Below are positions 19,731 to 30,996 of a stretch of 50,553 nucleotides of DNA, piece by piece. The notes beneath the pieces were generated by a model. The model saw nothing but the letters and a program-made list of their open reading frames with translations. It did not search any database and was not told the origin of the DNA. The stretch lies in the sequence record DRR378314_60; one strand, written 5' to 3'. Position 1 is the first letter of the stretch. Each line of letters starts with the position of its first letter. Made by a program: the position numbers and the translations under genes.

Positions 19731-20439
19731 CGCTCCCCCACTTTATCTGCAAATACAGCAGCACCTGTTAGAGAAAATCCAGGGCGGTGCCTGGCCAGCA
19801 CACCACCAGATCCCTCCCGAAGAGCAACTTGCCCGAGATTTTGGGGTAAGCCGAATGACGGCTAATAAAGCGATTCGTGATCTCGTCCAAAAAGGCTACC
19901 TAACACGCCAGCCTGGGTTAGGCACCTTCGTGACAGATCGCAAGGCAGAGTCATCCCTGGTCGAGGTCTATAACATTGCCGATGAAGTGCGCTTCAGGGG
20001 ACACCATTACAGTAATCACGTACTGGTATGTGAAGCCATTGAAGCGGATGACGAAGTCGCTTTGCGGCTAGGCGTTCGCCTGGGTAGCCGCGTGTTTCAA
20101 ACGCTGCTGGTGCATTTGGAAGACGACACGCCTATTCAGCTTGAAAACCGCTATGTTAACCCGCGTTGGGTACCCAACTACTTAACCAGTGATTTTTCAC
20201 TGCACACACCCAATGAAGTATTGGTAGCGGCCTGCCCGATTACTGACGTAGAGCACACTGTTGAAGCTGTGCTTGTCGACCAGCAAACTGCCGATTGGCT
20301 TGCTATTGATACCGCCACCCCCTGCCTGAGCATGGTACGACGCACGTGGTCAGGCGAGCAGCTCATCAGCTATGCCCGTTTACTGCATCCAGGCGACCGC
20401 TACAAGCTGCGCTCCTCGGTGCATCGCCAAGCGTCATAA
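19723..20439 (+). CDS. hutC: Histidine utilization repressor
   Basis: GntR HTH (FGVSRMTANKA, GLGTFV) plus UTRA domain; next to the hut operon. Confidence 0.93.
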   Translation: MTSAPPLYLQIQQHLLEKIQGGAWPAHHQIPPEEQLARDFGVSRMTANKAIRDLVQKGYLTRQPGLGTFVTDRKAESSLVEVYNIADEVRFRGHHYSNHVLVCEAIEADDEVALRLGVRLGSRVFQTLLVHLEDDTPIQLENRYVNPRWVPNYLTSDFSLHTPNEVLVAACPITDVEHTVEAVLVDQQTADWLAIDTATPCLSMVRRTWSGEQLISYARLLHPGDRYKLRSSVHRQAS

Positions 20440-20473
20440 AGACTTAGATGGTAAAAACTTAGCTGGTAAAGAC

Positions 20474-21796
20474 CTAGCTAATAAGCGCTTGTACCAAATA
20501 CCCGGTGGGTACGGCGAGCATCAAGCTTAATGCAACGCGAATAAACCACACCACCACCATGCGCCCTACAGAAAGCGGAATGCTCGTAGAAAGAATGCAA
20601 GGAATTGAGGCTGAGAAGAACAGCACAGCGGATACTGATACAACGCCTGCAGCAAAACGCGCGACAAAGTCCGCTTCTGCCATTAACAGTGCTGGTAAAA
20701 ACATTTCGGCAAGGCCAGCAGCGGATGCCTGGGCAAGCGCGGCAGCATCAGCAATGCCCCACACGGCCACAAAGGGGTAAAACAGCCAACCCAACCACTC
20801 AAATAGCGGCGTGTATTTAGCCGCAAGCAAGCCTAGCAAACCCACCGACATGATCGAAGGCAGAATGCTAATCGCCATCACTAGCCCTTCTTTAAAGTTG
20901 ATCGCGACACTTTTATGCAACGCTGGCGCTCGGGCAGCTACTTCCAACCCGGTCTGCCATGCCGTTAGCAAGCGTTTTCCTGGCACTGCCGTCGGTTCAC
21001 CATCGTCAGCGCTGTCATCCATACGCGATAATGGCGGCAAACGAACGGTGACCGCCGTGACGATAAACGTGATCAACAACGTTAGCCAAAAATAGGCGTT
21101 CCACACCGCCATTAAATCCAGCGTGCGCGCCACGATAATCATGAACGTTGCCGAGACGGTAGAGAACCCCGTGGCGATAATGGCCGCTTCCCGCGCGGAA
21201 TACTGACCCGCCTGATACACCCGGTTGGTAATCAATAATCCGATAGAGTAACTGCCCACGAATGAAGCGACCGCATCGATTGCCGAGCGTCCTGGCGTTC
21301 GCCAAATGGGACGCATTACGGGTTGAACCAGCACGCCAATAAGCTCAAGCAACCCATAACTGATCAACAAGGCCAGGAAAATCGCACCAATAGGAACGAT
21401 CAAACCAACGGGAATCACCAGCTTTTCAAACAGGAAAGGCAGCATATCGGGTTCATGCAGAAAGGCAGGCCCCCAGCCAGTCAGCGCCATCAGGGCAGCC
21501 ATTACGCCAAGCAATTTTAGTGCGGTAAAAATGCGCTCGGTAACGTTTCGATTCCAGTAGCCTCGAATCAACGGATACGCAGCCCCAGCGGCAATCAGCG
21601 CCAGCGCATAGAAGCCACTTGCATCTCCTAGCCAGCTCCGGGCACCGGTCACCATGTGATCGAGCAATATAGTGCTGCGACCGCCAATTTCGACAGGCAC
21701 GAAGAAAATCAAAATCCCCAGCGCACTTGGCAAAAACAGTTTGAGGATCAGCGCGGCGCTGGGCCGCTGACGGGTTGTAGTATTGGGAGGGAGCAT
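20474..21796 (-). CDS. YjiH-family (nucleoside recognition gate) membrane protein, probable histidine/amino-acid transporter
   Basis: Polytopic membrane protein; PGRSAIDAVASFVGSYS, ATGFSTVS and AEMFLP motifs; HutC site upstream. Confidence 0.8.
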   Translation of the reverse strand: MLPPNTTTRQRPSAALILKLFLPSALGILIFFVPVEIGGRSTILLDHMVTGARSWLGDASGFYALALIAAGAAYPLIRGYWNRNVTERIFTALKLLGVMAALMALTGWGPAFLHEPDMLPFLFEKLVIPVGLIVPIGAIFLALLISYGLLELIGVLVQPVMRPIWRTPGRSAIDAVASFVGSYSIGLLITNRVYQAGQYSAREAAIIATGFSTVSATFMIIVARTLDLMAVWNAYFWLTLLITFIVTAVTVRLPPLSRMDDSADDGEPTAVPGKRLLTAWQTGLEVAARAPALHKSVAINFKEGLVMAISILPSIMSVGLLGLLAAKYTPLFEWLGWLFYPFVAVWGIADAAALAQASAAGLAEMFLPALLMAEADFVARFAAGVVSVSAVLFFSASIPCILSTSIPLSVGRMVVVWFIRVALSLMLAVPTGYLVQALIS

Positions 21797-21857
21797 GAGC
21801 ATGCCTCTTGTTGTGTAACAGCGTTTAGTGAGCCTTCCACGTATCTTCAACACTTAA

Positions 21858-21867
21858 TGTATATACA
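21858..21867. promoter_or_regulatory. HutC operator (upstream of YjiH-family gene)
   Basis: TGTATATACA matches the TGTA-N2-TACA palindrome. Confidence 0.75.
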
Positions 21868-22072
21868 TATACACACCAATTGAAGAGCACCTCCAGCCAA
21901 TATAAATAGACATTAGTCTAATAAATCAGCCTAAAAACAGCCTTCATTAACATCAAAAAACACATAACAAACTGTTTAAAATACCAAAAACAAAAATATC
22001 TCACCTTTTCATGTATTTCACCCTTCCCTCTATTTTGTAACAAGCAGCTTGACGAATCGGCTCATATTGACC

Positions 22073-22091
22073 TTAATTGTATATACATTAA
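22073..22091. promoter_or_regulatory. HutC operator overlapping the hutI promoter
   Basis: TTAATTGTATATACATTAA near-palindrome directly after a TTGACC -35-like hexamer (22067-22072). Confidence 0.8.
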
Positions 22092-22137
22092 GATCTGAAA
22101 ATAAATTTTTGAACATCGCCTTTGAAAGGAGCTCCTC

Positions 22138-23352
22138 ATGCCGAATGCAACGGATCGTCGCCTCTGGCGCGATATCAGCGTCTTCGATGGCTTGCGGACA
22201 TTGCCCGACCGCATGGCCGTTATTACCGAAGGGGCACACATCATCGCCTTGTCGCCCATGAGTGAGTTCGACGAGCAACTCGCCAATAACTGCACAGAGA
22301 TGGGCAGTGGCGGTGTGATGACCCCTGGTCTTGTGGATTGCCACACCCACCTTGTCTTTGGCGGTTCTCGGGCTGAAGAGTTTGAAGCGCGGCTTGAAGG
22401 GGCTAGCTATGAAGAGATCGCTAAACGCGGAGGCGGCATTCTCAGTACCGTTCGTGCCACGCGCGAGGCTAGCGAAGATGAGCTGCTAAGACTCGCTAAA
22501 CCGCGTCTTGAAGCACTGATTGCTGACGGCGTTACCACCGTAGAGATTAAGTCTGGCTACGGGCTTACCGTCAAAGACGAACTCAAGATGCTGCGTGTCG
22601 CGCGCCGTCTCGGCAAGATGCTGCCAGTCAACGTCGTCACGACGCTGTTGGGCGCCCATGCCCTCCCCCCAGAATACAAAGATGACAGCGACGGCTATAT
22701 TGATCTTGTCTGCCAGGAAATGATCCCCGCAGCAGTGGCTGAAGGCCTGGCAGATGCGGTTGATGTGTTCTGCGAAAAAATCGCCTTCTCGGTGGAACAG
22801 TGCGAGCGAGTGTTTGCAGCCGCCGAGGCCCACGGCCTACCCATCAAGGCACACGCCGAACAGCTCTCTAACCTGGGCGGAACGGCCATGGCCGCACGCC
22901 ACGGAGCCCTATCTGCTGACCACATTGAGTACCTGGATGACACTGGCATCGCTGCCATGCATGAGGCCGGTAGTGTGGCGGTAATCCTGCCCGGTGCTTT
23001 CCATACCCTTCGTGAAACGCAACAACCGCCGATTGCGGCGCTGCGCAGCGCAGGCGTTCCAATGGCAGTGGCTACCGACGCCAACCCCGGCAGCTCCCCA
23101 CTGTTTATGCCCACGCTAATGCTCAACTTGGCCTGCACGCTGTTCCGCCTGACTCCCCAAGAGGCACTGGCGGGCATGACAGCCCATGGGGCAACTGCGC
23201 TAGGCCTATCGGGCAAAGGGCGCATCCACGAAGGTGCAGAAGCCGACCTCTGTGTATGGGATATCGATGCACCCGCCGAACTCGCTTACGCCGTACAACC
23301 AGGACGCCTTCGTCAGCGCATGTTCCAGGGGGTGCTTACCCATGGCCATTAA
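22138..23352 (+). CDS. hutI: Imidazolonepropionase
   Basis: [34 protein letters not shown] and ATDANPGSS motifs. Confidence 0.95.
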   Translation: MPNATDRRLWRDISVFDGLRTLPDRMAVITEGAHIIALSPMSEFDEQLANNCTEMGSGGVMTPGLVDCHTHLVFGGSRAEEFEARLEGASYEEIAKRGGGILSTVRATREASEDELLRLAKPRLEALIADGVTTVEIKSGYGLTVKDELKMLRVARRLGKMLPVNVVTTLLGAHALPPEYKDDSDGYIDLVCQEMIPAAVAEGLADAVDVFCEKIAFSVEQCERVFAAAEAHGLPIKAHAEQLSNLGGTAMAARHGALSADHIEYLDDTGIAAMHEAGSVAVILPGAFHTLRETQQPPIAALRSAGVPMAVATDANPGSSPLFMPTLMLNLACTLFRLTPQEALAGMTAHGATALGLSGKGRIHEGAEADLCVWDIDAPAELAYAVQPGRLRQRMFQGVLTHGH

Positions 23353-24307
23353 CAGTGAAGCCACTGCCACTGAACTCGACATGTCACTCTGGACGGGCCG
23401 AACAGACCCTGAACCCAACAGCGAACGTTGGCATCAAAAGATCCAACCGCTCAGCTCAACGGCAGCGCCAGGCTGTGCTTTATTAGGTTTTGAAAGCGAT
23501 GCAGGTGTGGCCAGAAACCAGGGGCGTACCGGTGCCGCGCAAGGCCCTTCGGCACTGCGTAAAGCGCTGGCACCGCTGGCGTGGCACCGCACAGGCCCAG
23601 CCTATGATGCGGGAAATGTACGCTGCGAAGGCGATGCCCTAGAAACCGCCCAACAAGCCCTCGCCGATCGATTAGCAGCGTTACTTAAGGCTGAACACTT
23701 TCCCGTTGTGCTAGGCGGCGGCCATGAGGTGGCCTACGGCAGTTGGCTGGGGCTTGCCCAGCATCTCGCTGATAGCGGTGAAAAAGCACCACGCATCGGC
23801 ATTATCAATTTTGATGCCCACTTCGATCTGCGCGATCCCTCTCATGTGCGCTCTTCGGGCACTCCCTTTACGCAAATTGCTGATGAATGCGCCAAGCGCG
23901 GCTGGCCGTTTCGCTACGCCTGCTTAGGCGTAAGCCGCGCTGCCAACACGCGCGCGCTGTTTAGTCGCGCAGCAGAACTCGGCGTCATGGTTCGTGAAGA
24001 CCGGGACTTCCAACCGGCGCAGCTTGAGTGCATCCGGCGCGACCTGGAGCGCTTCATGGTGCGTTGCGATCATCTCTATCTGACCATCGATCTGGATGTC
24101 CTGCCCGCTGGGGATGCTCCTGGCGTCAGTGCCCCCGCCGCTCGCGGCGTCTCACTCGCGCTATTAGAACCACTGATTGAGACCATCCGCGACAGCGGCA
24201 AGCTGCGCTTAGCTGATCTCGCCGAGCTAAATCCAGATCACGATATCGATAGCCGTACGGCCCGCGCGGCAGCACGAATTGTCTTTCAGTTGGCGCTCGA
24301 CACCTAG
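23342..24307 (+). CDS. hutG: Formimidoylglutamase (arginase family)
   Basis: [21 protein letters not shown] and TIDLDVL..APGVSAP motifs. Confidence 0.92.
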   Translation: MAINSEATATELDMSLWTGRTDPEPNSERWHQKIQPLSSTAAPGCALLGFESDAGVARNQGRTGAAQGPSALRKALAPLAWHRTGPAYDAGNVRCEGDALETAQQALADRLAALLKAEHFPVVLGGGHEVAYGSWLGLAQHLADSGEKAPRIGIINFDAHFDLRDPSHVRSSGTPFTQIADECAKRGWPFRYACLGVSRAANTRALFSRAAELGVMVREDRDFQPAQLECIRRDLERFMVRCDHLYLTIDLDVLPAGDAPGVSAPAARGVSLALLEPLIETIRDSGKLRLADLAELNPDHDIDSRTARAAARIVFQLALDT

Positions 24308-24378
24308 CGCCCGGATTCGTTAATCCATCTATTACTAGCCCTTTAATAACAAACCGATGACTCAAGAGGAGTTTCGCC

Positions 24379-26058
24379 ATGTCCACTAACGACAAACGTC
24401 ACGACGCATCTCGTAAGATTGCTGCCCCTACCGGTAGCCAGCTCAGCTGCAAAAGCTGGCTGACCGAAGCCCCGCTGCGCATGCTAATGAACAACCTCCA
24501 CCCTGACGTGGCCGAACGCCCCGAGGACTTGGTGGTGTACGGCGGCATTGGCCGCGCTGCGCGTGATTGGGAGTGCTATGACAAAATCGTTGAGACTCTG
24601 CAGCGCCTGGAAGATACGCAAACCTTACTGGTGCAATCCGGCAAACCGGTAGGCGTATTTGAAACCCATAAAGACGCCCCGCGGGTACTTATTGCCAACT
24701 CCAACCTGGTCCCCGCCTGGGCCAACTGGGAACACTTCAACGAGTTGGATCGTAAAGGCCTAATGATGTACGGCCAGATGACCGCAGGCTCATGGATTTA
24801 CATCGGCTCTCAAGGCATTGTCCAAGGCACCTACGAAACCTTTGTGGAAGCGGGCCGCCAACACTTCGACGGCAACCTGACAGGCCGCTGGGTTCTCACT
24901 GCGGGTCTGGGTGGTATGGGGGGCGCTCAACCACTCGCCGCCACCTTGGCCGGCGCCTGCTCGCTAAATATCGAGTGCCAGCAAACCAGCATCGACTTCC
25001 GCCTGCGCACGCGCTATTTAGATGAACAAGCAGACGATCTCGACGATGCGTTAGCGCGTATCGAACGCTACACTGCCGAAGGCAAAGCCGTCTCGATTGG
25101 CCTATGTGCGAATGCCGCGGATGTATTACCCGAACTGGTCAAGCGTGGCGTTAAGCCCGACATGGTGACTGACCAAACCAGTGCCCACGACCCGCTACAC
25201 GGCTACCTGCCTGCAGGCTGGACCTGGGAAGAGTACGTGGCACGTGGTAAATCCGAACCACAAGCCACCGTAAAAGCGGCCAAGCAGTCGATGGCCGTGC
25301 ATGTACAAGCCATGCTCGACTTCCAGAAGATGGGCGTACCCACTTTCGACTACGGCAACAATATTCGCCAAATGGCTCAAGAAGAAGGCGTTGAAAATGC
25401 CTTCGACTTCCCTGGTTTTGTACCTGCCTATATCCGCCCCTTATTCTGCCAGGGAATTGGCCCCTTCCGCTGGGCCGCGCTTTCAGGCGACCCGGAAGAC
25501 ATTTACAAAACCGACCAGAAAGTCAAAGAGCTGATCCCCGACGACCCGCACCTGCACAACTGGCTGGATATGGCCCGCGAGCGCATCAGCTTCCAAGGCC
25601 TTCCGGCACGTATCTGCTGGGTCGGTCTGAAAGATCGTGCGCGTCTTGGCCAAGCCTTCAATGAGATGGTCAAAAACGGAGAGCTTAAAGCACCCGTCGT
25701 GATTGGCCGTGACCACCTGGACTCCGGTTCCGTGGCAAGCCCCAACCGCGAGACCGAGGCGATGATGGATGGCTCCGACGCCGTCTCCGACTGGCCGCTG
25801 CTGAACGCCCTGCTTAACACCGCCGGTGGCGCGACTTGGGTATCGCTACACCACGGTGGCGGTGTCGGCATGGGCTATTCCCAGCACTCTGGGGTGGTTA
25901 TCGTCGCCGACGGCACCGATGATGCCCACGCACGCCTTGGCCGCGTGCTGCGCAACGACCCGGGCACTGGCGTTATGCGCCATGCCGATGCAGGCTACGA
26001 CATTGCCAAACAATCTGCCCGTGAAAACGGCCTCGATTTGCCGATGCTGAAGAGCTAA
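24379..26058 (+). CDS. hutU: Urocanate hydratase
   Basis: [21 protein letters not shown] and [18 protein letters not shown] motifs. Confidence 0.97.
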   Translation: MSTNDKRHDASRKIAAPTGSQLSCKSWLTEAPLRMLMNNLHPDVAERPEDLVVYGGIGRAARDWECYDKIVETLQRLEDTQTLLVQSGKPVGVFETHKDAPRVLIANSNLVPAWANWEHFNELDRKGLMMYGQMTAGSWIYIGSQGIVQGTYETFVEAGRQHFDGNLTGRWVLTAGLGGMGGAQPLAATLAGACSLNIECQQTSIDFRLRTRYLDEQADDLDDALARIERYTAEGKAVSIGLCANAADVLPELVKRGVKPDMVTDQTSAHDPLHGYLPAGWTWEEYVARGKSEPQATVKAAKQSMAVHVQAMLDFQKMGVPTFDYGNNIRQMAQEEGVENAFDFPGFVPAYIRPLFCQGIGPFRWAALSGDPEDIYKTDQKVKELIPDDPHLHNWLDMARERISFQGLPARICWVGLKDRARLGQAFNEMVKNGELKAPVVIGRDHLDSGSVASPNRETEAMMDGSDAVSDWPLLNALLNTAGGATWVSLHHGGGVGMGYSQHSGVVIVADGTDDAHARLGRVLRNDPGTGVMRHADAGYDIAKQSARENGLDLPMLKS

Positions 26059-26084
26059 TTCAACAACTTCAAGGAGCACTCATA

Positions 26085-27620
26085 ATGACCCATCTCGATA
26101 TTCAGCCCGGCAAAATGACACTGGCGCAAGCGCGCCAGGTCTTTCAATCCCCCGTCACGGTTAGCCTGCCAAACAGTGCCGACAAGGCGATCCAAAAAAG
26201 CGTCGATTGCGTCAATCGGGTAGTCGAGGAAAACCGCACGGTCTACGGTATTAACACCGGGTTTGGGCTGCTTGCTCAAACACGTATCGCCGATGAAGAC
26301 CTGGAAGCACTGCAGCGTTCGCTAGTGCTTTCCCATGCCACCGGCGTGGGCGCTGCGATGGATGACAGCCTTGTGCGGCTGATCATGGTGCTTAAGGTTA
26401 ACAGCCTGGCACGCGGCTTTTCCGGTATTCGTCGTGAAGTGCTTGATGCCCTTATCGCATTGATCAACGCCGAGGTGTATCCGCATATTCCGCTCAAAGG
26501 TTCTGTGGGTGCGTCAGGTGATCTCGCGCCACTGGCCCATATGAGTGTGGTACTGATTGGTGAAGGCAAAGCACGCTACAAAGGCGAGTGGCTCAGTGCC
26601 GAAGAAGCGCTAAAAGTCGCCGGTCTTAGCCCGATTGCACTGGCTCCGAAAGAGGGTCTCGCGCTGCTCAACGGCACCCAGGTGTCAACGGCTTACGCGC
26701 TACGCGGCCTGTTCGATGCCGAAGACCTCTATGCTGCCGCCACAGTTTGCGGCTCACTGACGGTTGAAGCCACGCTGGGCTCACGCTCACCGTTCGATGC
26801 GCGCATTCATGAAGTACGTGGCCAACGTGGCCAGATCGATGCGGCGGCGGCCTACCGACATTTACTCGGCGAGAACAGCGACATCGGCAACTCCCACGCC
26901 AACTGCGATAAAGTGCAAGACCCTTACTCCTTGCGCTGCCAGCCACAGGTAATGGGCGCTGCGCTTACCCAGATTCGCCATGTTGCCGACATACTGGCGG
27001 TGGAAATCAACGCGGTATCCGACAACCCCCTGGTGTTTGAAGATACCGACGACATCATCTCCGGCGGCAACTTCCATGCCGAACCGGTAGCCATGGCGGC
27101 TGATAACTTAGCCTTGGCGATTGCCGAAATTGGCTCACTGTCGGAACGACGCATCTCGCTGATGATGGACAAACACATGTCCCAGTTACCGCCCTTCCTG
27201 GTCGAGAAAGGCGGCGTCAACTCTGGGTTTATGATCGCCCAGGTAACTGCAGCCGCGCTTGCCAGTGAAAACAAAGCGTTAGCGCACCCGCACAGCGTGG
27301 ATAGCCTGCCTACGTCAGCCAACCAGGAAGACCATGTTTCCATGGCCCCGGCAGCGGGCAAACGCTTATGGGAAATGGCTGATAACGTACGTGGCATTCT
27401 TGCCATTGAATGGCTAGGTGCCTGCCAGGGGCTGGATATGCGCCACGGCTTAACCACCACTGCACCGCTGGAACAAGCCAAGCAGTTGCTGCGTGAACAT
27501 GTCACCCACTACGAACAGGACCGCTTCTTTGCGCCAGACATTGAGGCAGCCAGCAACTTGTTGGCTGCCAGAACGCTGAGCCACCTGCTTCGCCCTGGCA
27601 CCCTGCCAAGCCAACACTAA
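26085..27620 (+). CDS. hutH: Histidine ammonia-lyase
   Basis: [11 protein letters not shown] motif [17 protein letters not shown] and NQEDHVSM. Confidence 0.97.
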   Translation: MTHLDIQPGKMTLAQARQVFQSPVTVSLPNSADKAIQKSVDCVNRVVEENRTVYGINTGFGLLAQTRIADEDLEALQRSLVLSHATGVGAAMDDSLVRLIMVLKVNSLARGFSGIRREVLDALIALINAEVYPHIPLKGSVGASGDLAPLAHMSVVLIGEGKARYKGEWLSAEEALKVAGLSPIALAPKEGLALLNGTQVSTAYALRGLFDAEDLYAAATVCGSLTVEATLGSRSPFDARIHEVRGQRGQIDAAAAYRHLLGENSDIGNSHANCDKVQDPYSLRCQPQVMGAALTQIRHVADILAVEINAVSDNPLVFEDTDDIISGGNFHAEPVAMAADNLALAIAEIGSLSERRISLMMDKHMSQLPPFLVEKGGVNSGFMIAQVTAAALASENKALAHPHSVDSLPTSANQEDHVSMAPAAGKRLWEMADNVRGILAIEWLGACQGLDMRHGLTTTAPLEQAKQLLREHVTHYEQDRFFAPDIEAASNLLAARTLSHLLRPGTLPSQH

Positions 27621-27672
27621 GCGGCCACTCCTGCCCCGCAGCAACAGGCTGTGGGGCTTCACCGCATTCAAT

Positions 27673-27708
27673 TCCAGCTAAATCTAAATCCAGCTAAATC
27701 TAAATCCA
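27673..27708 (+). repeat. Tandem 16-bp repeat (TCCAGCTAAATCTAAA x2 plus TCCA)
   Basis: Exact tandem duplication just upstream of the RBS of the next gene. Confidence 0.85.
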
Positions 27709-27727
27709 ACGACAAGAGTAGCTATTC

Positions 27728-29074
27728 ATGAATGCTATCGTTTTGGCCATTTTAGTGATGGTCAGCCTCAGCTTGGCTCGCGTTTCCGTTGTCTTTGCCT
27801 TAATCGTCGCAACGTTGGTGGGTGGGCTTTATGCGGGCATGCCGATCAATGCCATCCTTGATGCCTTTAACGACGGTCTTGGCAACGGCGCTACTGTGGC
27901 TCTGGCCTATGCCGTGCTGGGCGCTTTCGCCGTCGCTCTATCACGCTCGGGCATCACCGAAGTAATGGCAAACCGCGCCATTGCGCGTTTTCATGTTGAT
28001 GATTCTGGCAGCAGTCGCCGCATGGTGACCTATACCCTGCTGGCCGCCTTACTGGCCGCCGCGGTCAGTTCTCAGAACCTTATTCCGGTACACATTGCTT
28101 TCATTCCTGTACTGGTTCCGCCGTTACTGAAACTAATGAATCACCTTCAGCTCGACCGCCGACTCGTTGCTTGTGTGATTACCTTCGGTATTACCGCCCC
28201 CTATATGCTGTTACCGGTAGGGTTTGGCGCTATCTTTCTGAACGATATTTTGCTCACCAACCTCAATGAAAGTGGTGCCGAATTTGGACTGGAAGTCACC
28301 CGTCAGATGGTGCCCATGGCAATGGTGATTCCTATTGGTGGCATGGCATTGGGCCTTGCCGTAGCTGTGTTATTTAGCTATCGCAAAGGGCGCAACTACC
28401 AAGACCGTGACCTGGCCAAGGGCGATGAAACCCCAGCGCAAGCGGCCCAGCATTTGCAAGGTTGGCAAAAAGCCGTACTGGCAATCGCACTGGTTGGCAC
28501 CGTGGCCGTTCAGCTCTACACCGGCTCAATGGTGCTGGGGGGGATTTTTGGCTTTGCGCTGCTCTCTTTAAGCGGCGTCTTTAGTTGGCATGAGCAGGAT
28601 GGCATCTTCACTGAAGGCATGCGCATGATGGCCTTGGTTGGGTTCATTATGATCACCGCGGCGGGCTTCGCCAGTGTGATGCAGGCCAGTGGCGAGGTTG
28701 AAGCGCTGGTCAGCAGCTCTACAGAAGTCATTGGTGATAATAAAGGCTTGGCAGCGCTGATTATGCTGCTTGTGGGCCTTTTCATTACCATGGGTATTGG
28801 CTCCTCCTTCTCAACAATCCCAATTATCGCATCGCTATACGTACCACTCGCACTTAACTTTGGTTTTTCGCCACTCGCTACCGTGGCGCTGGTAGGCACC
28901 GCAGCCGCCTTGGGCGATGCAGGCTCTCCGGCCTCCGACTCAACGCTTGGCCCAACCGCCGGTCTCAATGCCGACGGCCAGCACGACCATATTTGGGACA
29001 GCGTTGTTCCGACCTTCCTGCACTACAATATCCCGCTGATTGCCTTTGGCTGGATAGCTGCAATGATCCTATAA
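27728..29074 (+). CDS. YuiF-like Na+/H+ antiporter-family amino-acid (probable histidine) transporter
   Basis: SQNLIPVHIAFIP, GIGSSFSTIP and GDAGSPASDSTLGPT..LNADGQHDHIWD motifs; last gene of the hut operon. Confidence 0.8.
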   Translation: MNAIVLAILVMVSLSLARVSVVFALIVATLVGGLYAGMPINAILDAFNDGLGNGATVALAYAVLGAFAVALSRSGITEVMANRAIARFHVDDSGSSRRMVTYTLLAALLAAAVSSQNLIPVHIAFIPVLVPPLLKLMNHLQLDRRLVACVITFGITAPYMLLPVGFGAIFLNDILLTNLNESGAEFGLEVTRQMVPMAMVIPIGGMALGLAVAVLFSYRKGRNYQDRDLAKGDETPAQAAQHLQGWQKAVLAIALVGTVAVQLYTGSMVLGGIFGFALLSLSGVFSWHEQDGIFTEGMRMMALVGFIMITAAGFASVMQASGEVEALVSSSTEVIGDNKGLAALIMLLVGLFITMGIGSSFSTIPIIASLYVPLALNFGFSPLATVALVGTAAALGDAGSPASDSTLGPTAGLNADGQHDHIWDSVVPTFLHYNIPLIAFGWIAAMIL

Positions 29075-29119
29075 CGCGCAGCCCCGCTTCTCAGCGCAAT
29101 AATCCTTCCCCAAAACGCA

Positions 29120-29149
29120 GCCACCCCGCTCAGTTGAGCGGGGTGGTTT
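29120..29149. terminator. Intrinsic terminator between convergent genes
   Basis: GCCACCCCGCTCA-GT-TGAGCGGGGTGGT followed by TT. Confidence 0.75.
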
Positions 29150-29190
29150 CGTCAACAAACACAGTACATTACTACCTGTATTGGCAATAA

Positions 29191-30450
29191 TTACTCGCTA
29201 TCTGTCTCTGTCTCTGTATCGCTATCGCTTGGGCGCAACACCTTCGGGTTAGAGTTTCCCCATACCGTGTAAAGATCGGCAAGTAGCGCGCCATTAAGGT
29301 CTTCAAGTTCTCCAATGGTAATTCGCTCGTCACCCTGGAGCCCGTAAAGCACCACTTCATCACCCGCTTCCACTCCTTCCACATCTGTCACGTCTACCAT
29401 GGTTGTGTTCATTGACACTTTACCCATGACTGGCACTCGCTCACCGTTGACCAGTACAAAGGCAGCGTCTGTGAAAACGCGACGGTAGCCATCAGAATAG
29501 CCAACAGGCAAGTTCGCCAATAAGCTATCGCGCTCCAGCACCCTGACGTTATCGTAGCCAACGCCACTGCCTTGCGCGTAATCGTTGACCGACGCTACCC
29601 GCGTGCGAAACGACATCACCGGTTTGAACTGCTCATAATGGGGTAGATCGCCATACAGCAAGCCGCCCGGGCGTACCATATCAAGGCGAGCTTCTGGCAC
29701 TTCCATAGTGGTAAATGAGTTGGCGGCGTGAAGCGTTAGCGCCTCGCGATCAAGTTTAGCCGTCTCGATTAACCAATCACTTTGTTCATGAAACGCCGCT
29801 AAACCCTGGCGAACAAAATCTTCATCCTCAAAGGCAAAGTGGGTCATGATGCCCACCAGCTCTAACGACGCTAAGTCTTGAAGCTCTAACGCTTCCTGGC
29901 GTCCTGCTTCACTATCAAGCGCCATGCCATTGCGCCCCATACCGCCAGCATTCAGGCCCAAATGATAGCGCAGTGTTACCCCTGCCTCAGCGGCATCGCT
30001 GGAGGCTTGACGAGCAGCCGCTATATCGCCGAATAACTCTTCCATGCCGTAATCGAAGGCACCGCGCACTTCTTCTGGTGTCGCACTGCGCACGCGCATT
30101 AAACGCCCATCGAAACCAGATGCCCGAACAACCCGCGCTTCTTCGTTACTCGCCACACCAATACAAGGAATACCTAACGCGATCACGGAAGGCATTAAAT
30201 TAGCAATGCCGTGACCGTAGGCATCGGCTTTCATAATGGCGCAAAGCTCCGCTTCTTCGCCCAATAATTCCAGAACACCGCGCACGTTCCCTTCAAAAGC
30301 CGATTGCGAGATTTCTACCCAGGCATTGGCACTCAAGTGTTCCGGGCTATCAACGAGCAATGCTTGGTCGCTCAGCAACGGCGCCGCATAGCTGGTAGTA
30401 GTAACAGTGGCAGCAACAGCGGCAGCTAACAGGGTTAGTGGATATTTCAT
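29191..30450 (-). CDS. Periplasmic broad-spectrum amino-acid racemase (Alr/Bsr family)
   Basis: Sec signal peptide; CAIMKADAYGHG PLP-lysine, MGRNG, HAANSF, VRPGG, GYSDGY and GKVSMNT motifs typical of Bsr-type rather than cytoplasmic Alr. Confidence 0.88.
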   Translation of the reverse strand: MKYPLTLLAAAVAATVTTTSYAAPLLSDQALLVDSPEHLSANAWVEISQSAFEGNVRGVLELLGEEAELCAIMKADAYGHGIANLMPSVIALGIPCIGVASNEEARVVRASGFDGRLMRVRSATPEEVRGAFDYGMEELFGDIAAARQASSDAAEAGVTLRYHLGLNAGGMGRNGMALDSEAGRQEALELQDLASLELVGIMTHFAFEDEDFVRQGLAAFHEQSDWLIETAKLDREALTLHAANSFTTMEVPEARLDMVRPGGLLYGDLPHYEQFKPVMSFRTRVASVNDYAQGSGVGYDNVRVLERDSLLANLPVGYSDGYRRVFTDAAFVLVNGERVPVMGKVSMNTTMVDVTDVEGVEAGDEVVLYGLQGDERITIGELEDLNGALLADLYTVWGNSNPKVLRPSDSDTETETDSE

Positions 30451-30830
30451 TATCAAATCCTTGATTCGTTTTCATTGTTAAGACCCCACTGCTCACACTA
30501 CCCCTACTAAACAATTCTTAACGATAGCGCGTGCCGCGTTTATTAAAAAAAGCAGCGCTAGGACACAATAACCTGATGAGAAGGAAAGCTCTTTCGCTGA
30601 TTGCTCTGACTGAAAGCGTGGAGCAACTCTTCTGCTCGGCGTGTATTCAAGCGCTGTCTCAAATCCTGATCCAAAGCGGGCTTAGGCCATTAGCAGACTA
30701 AACGCTCTGTTGGCTACACCGTTTATCAACGCTTACCTAATACACCTGATCAGCAATCTATCGCTCAAAAACACAATAACTCAATGAAAATTAATAAAAA
30801 ATTAATTTATAGACGCAGTTTCAGTTTGGT

Positions 30831-30844
30831 TTGACATCAGTCAA
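30831..30844. promoter_or_regulatory. TTGAC-N4-GTCAA palindrome (FNR/Anr-like site or -35-overlapping operator)
   Basis: TTGACATCAGTCAA upstream of the TRAP operon; includes a consensus TTGACA. Confidence 0.4.
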
Positions 30845-30996
30845 CGTAATGCAAAAATGTTGATGTTAGACGATTTTATAGAAATTTTTTATAGCCTGAG
30901 CACCATGCGTGTGATTAAACTGGGGGCGCAACATGGTTTCGAAACTGAAGCATGGATGCCCTCTATAACTCTAATCGCTACCAACAAAGAGGTTTT

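Noticed and set aside
29195-29228. Microsatellite-like tract encoding SDSDTETETDSE at the racemase C-terminus
   Set aside because: A short in-frame acidic tail, common in halophile proteins; no sign of phase variation.
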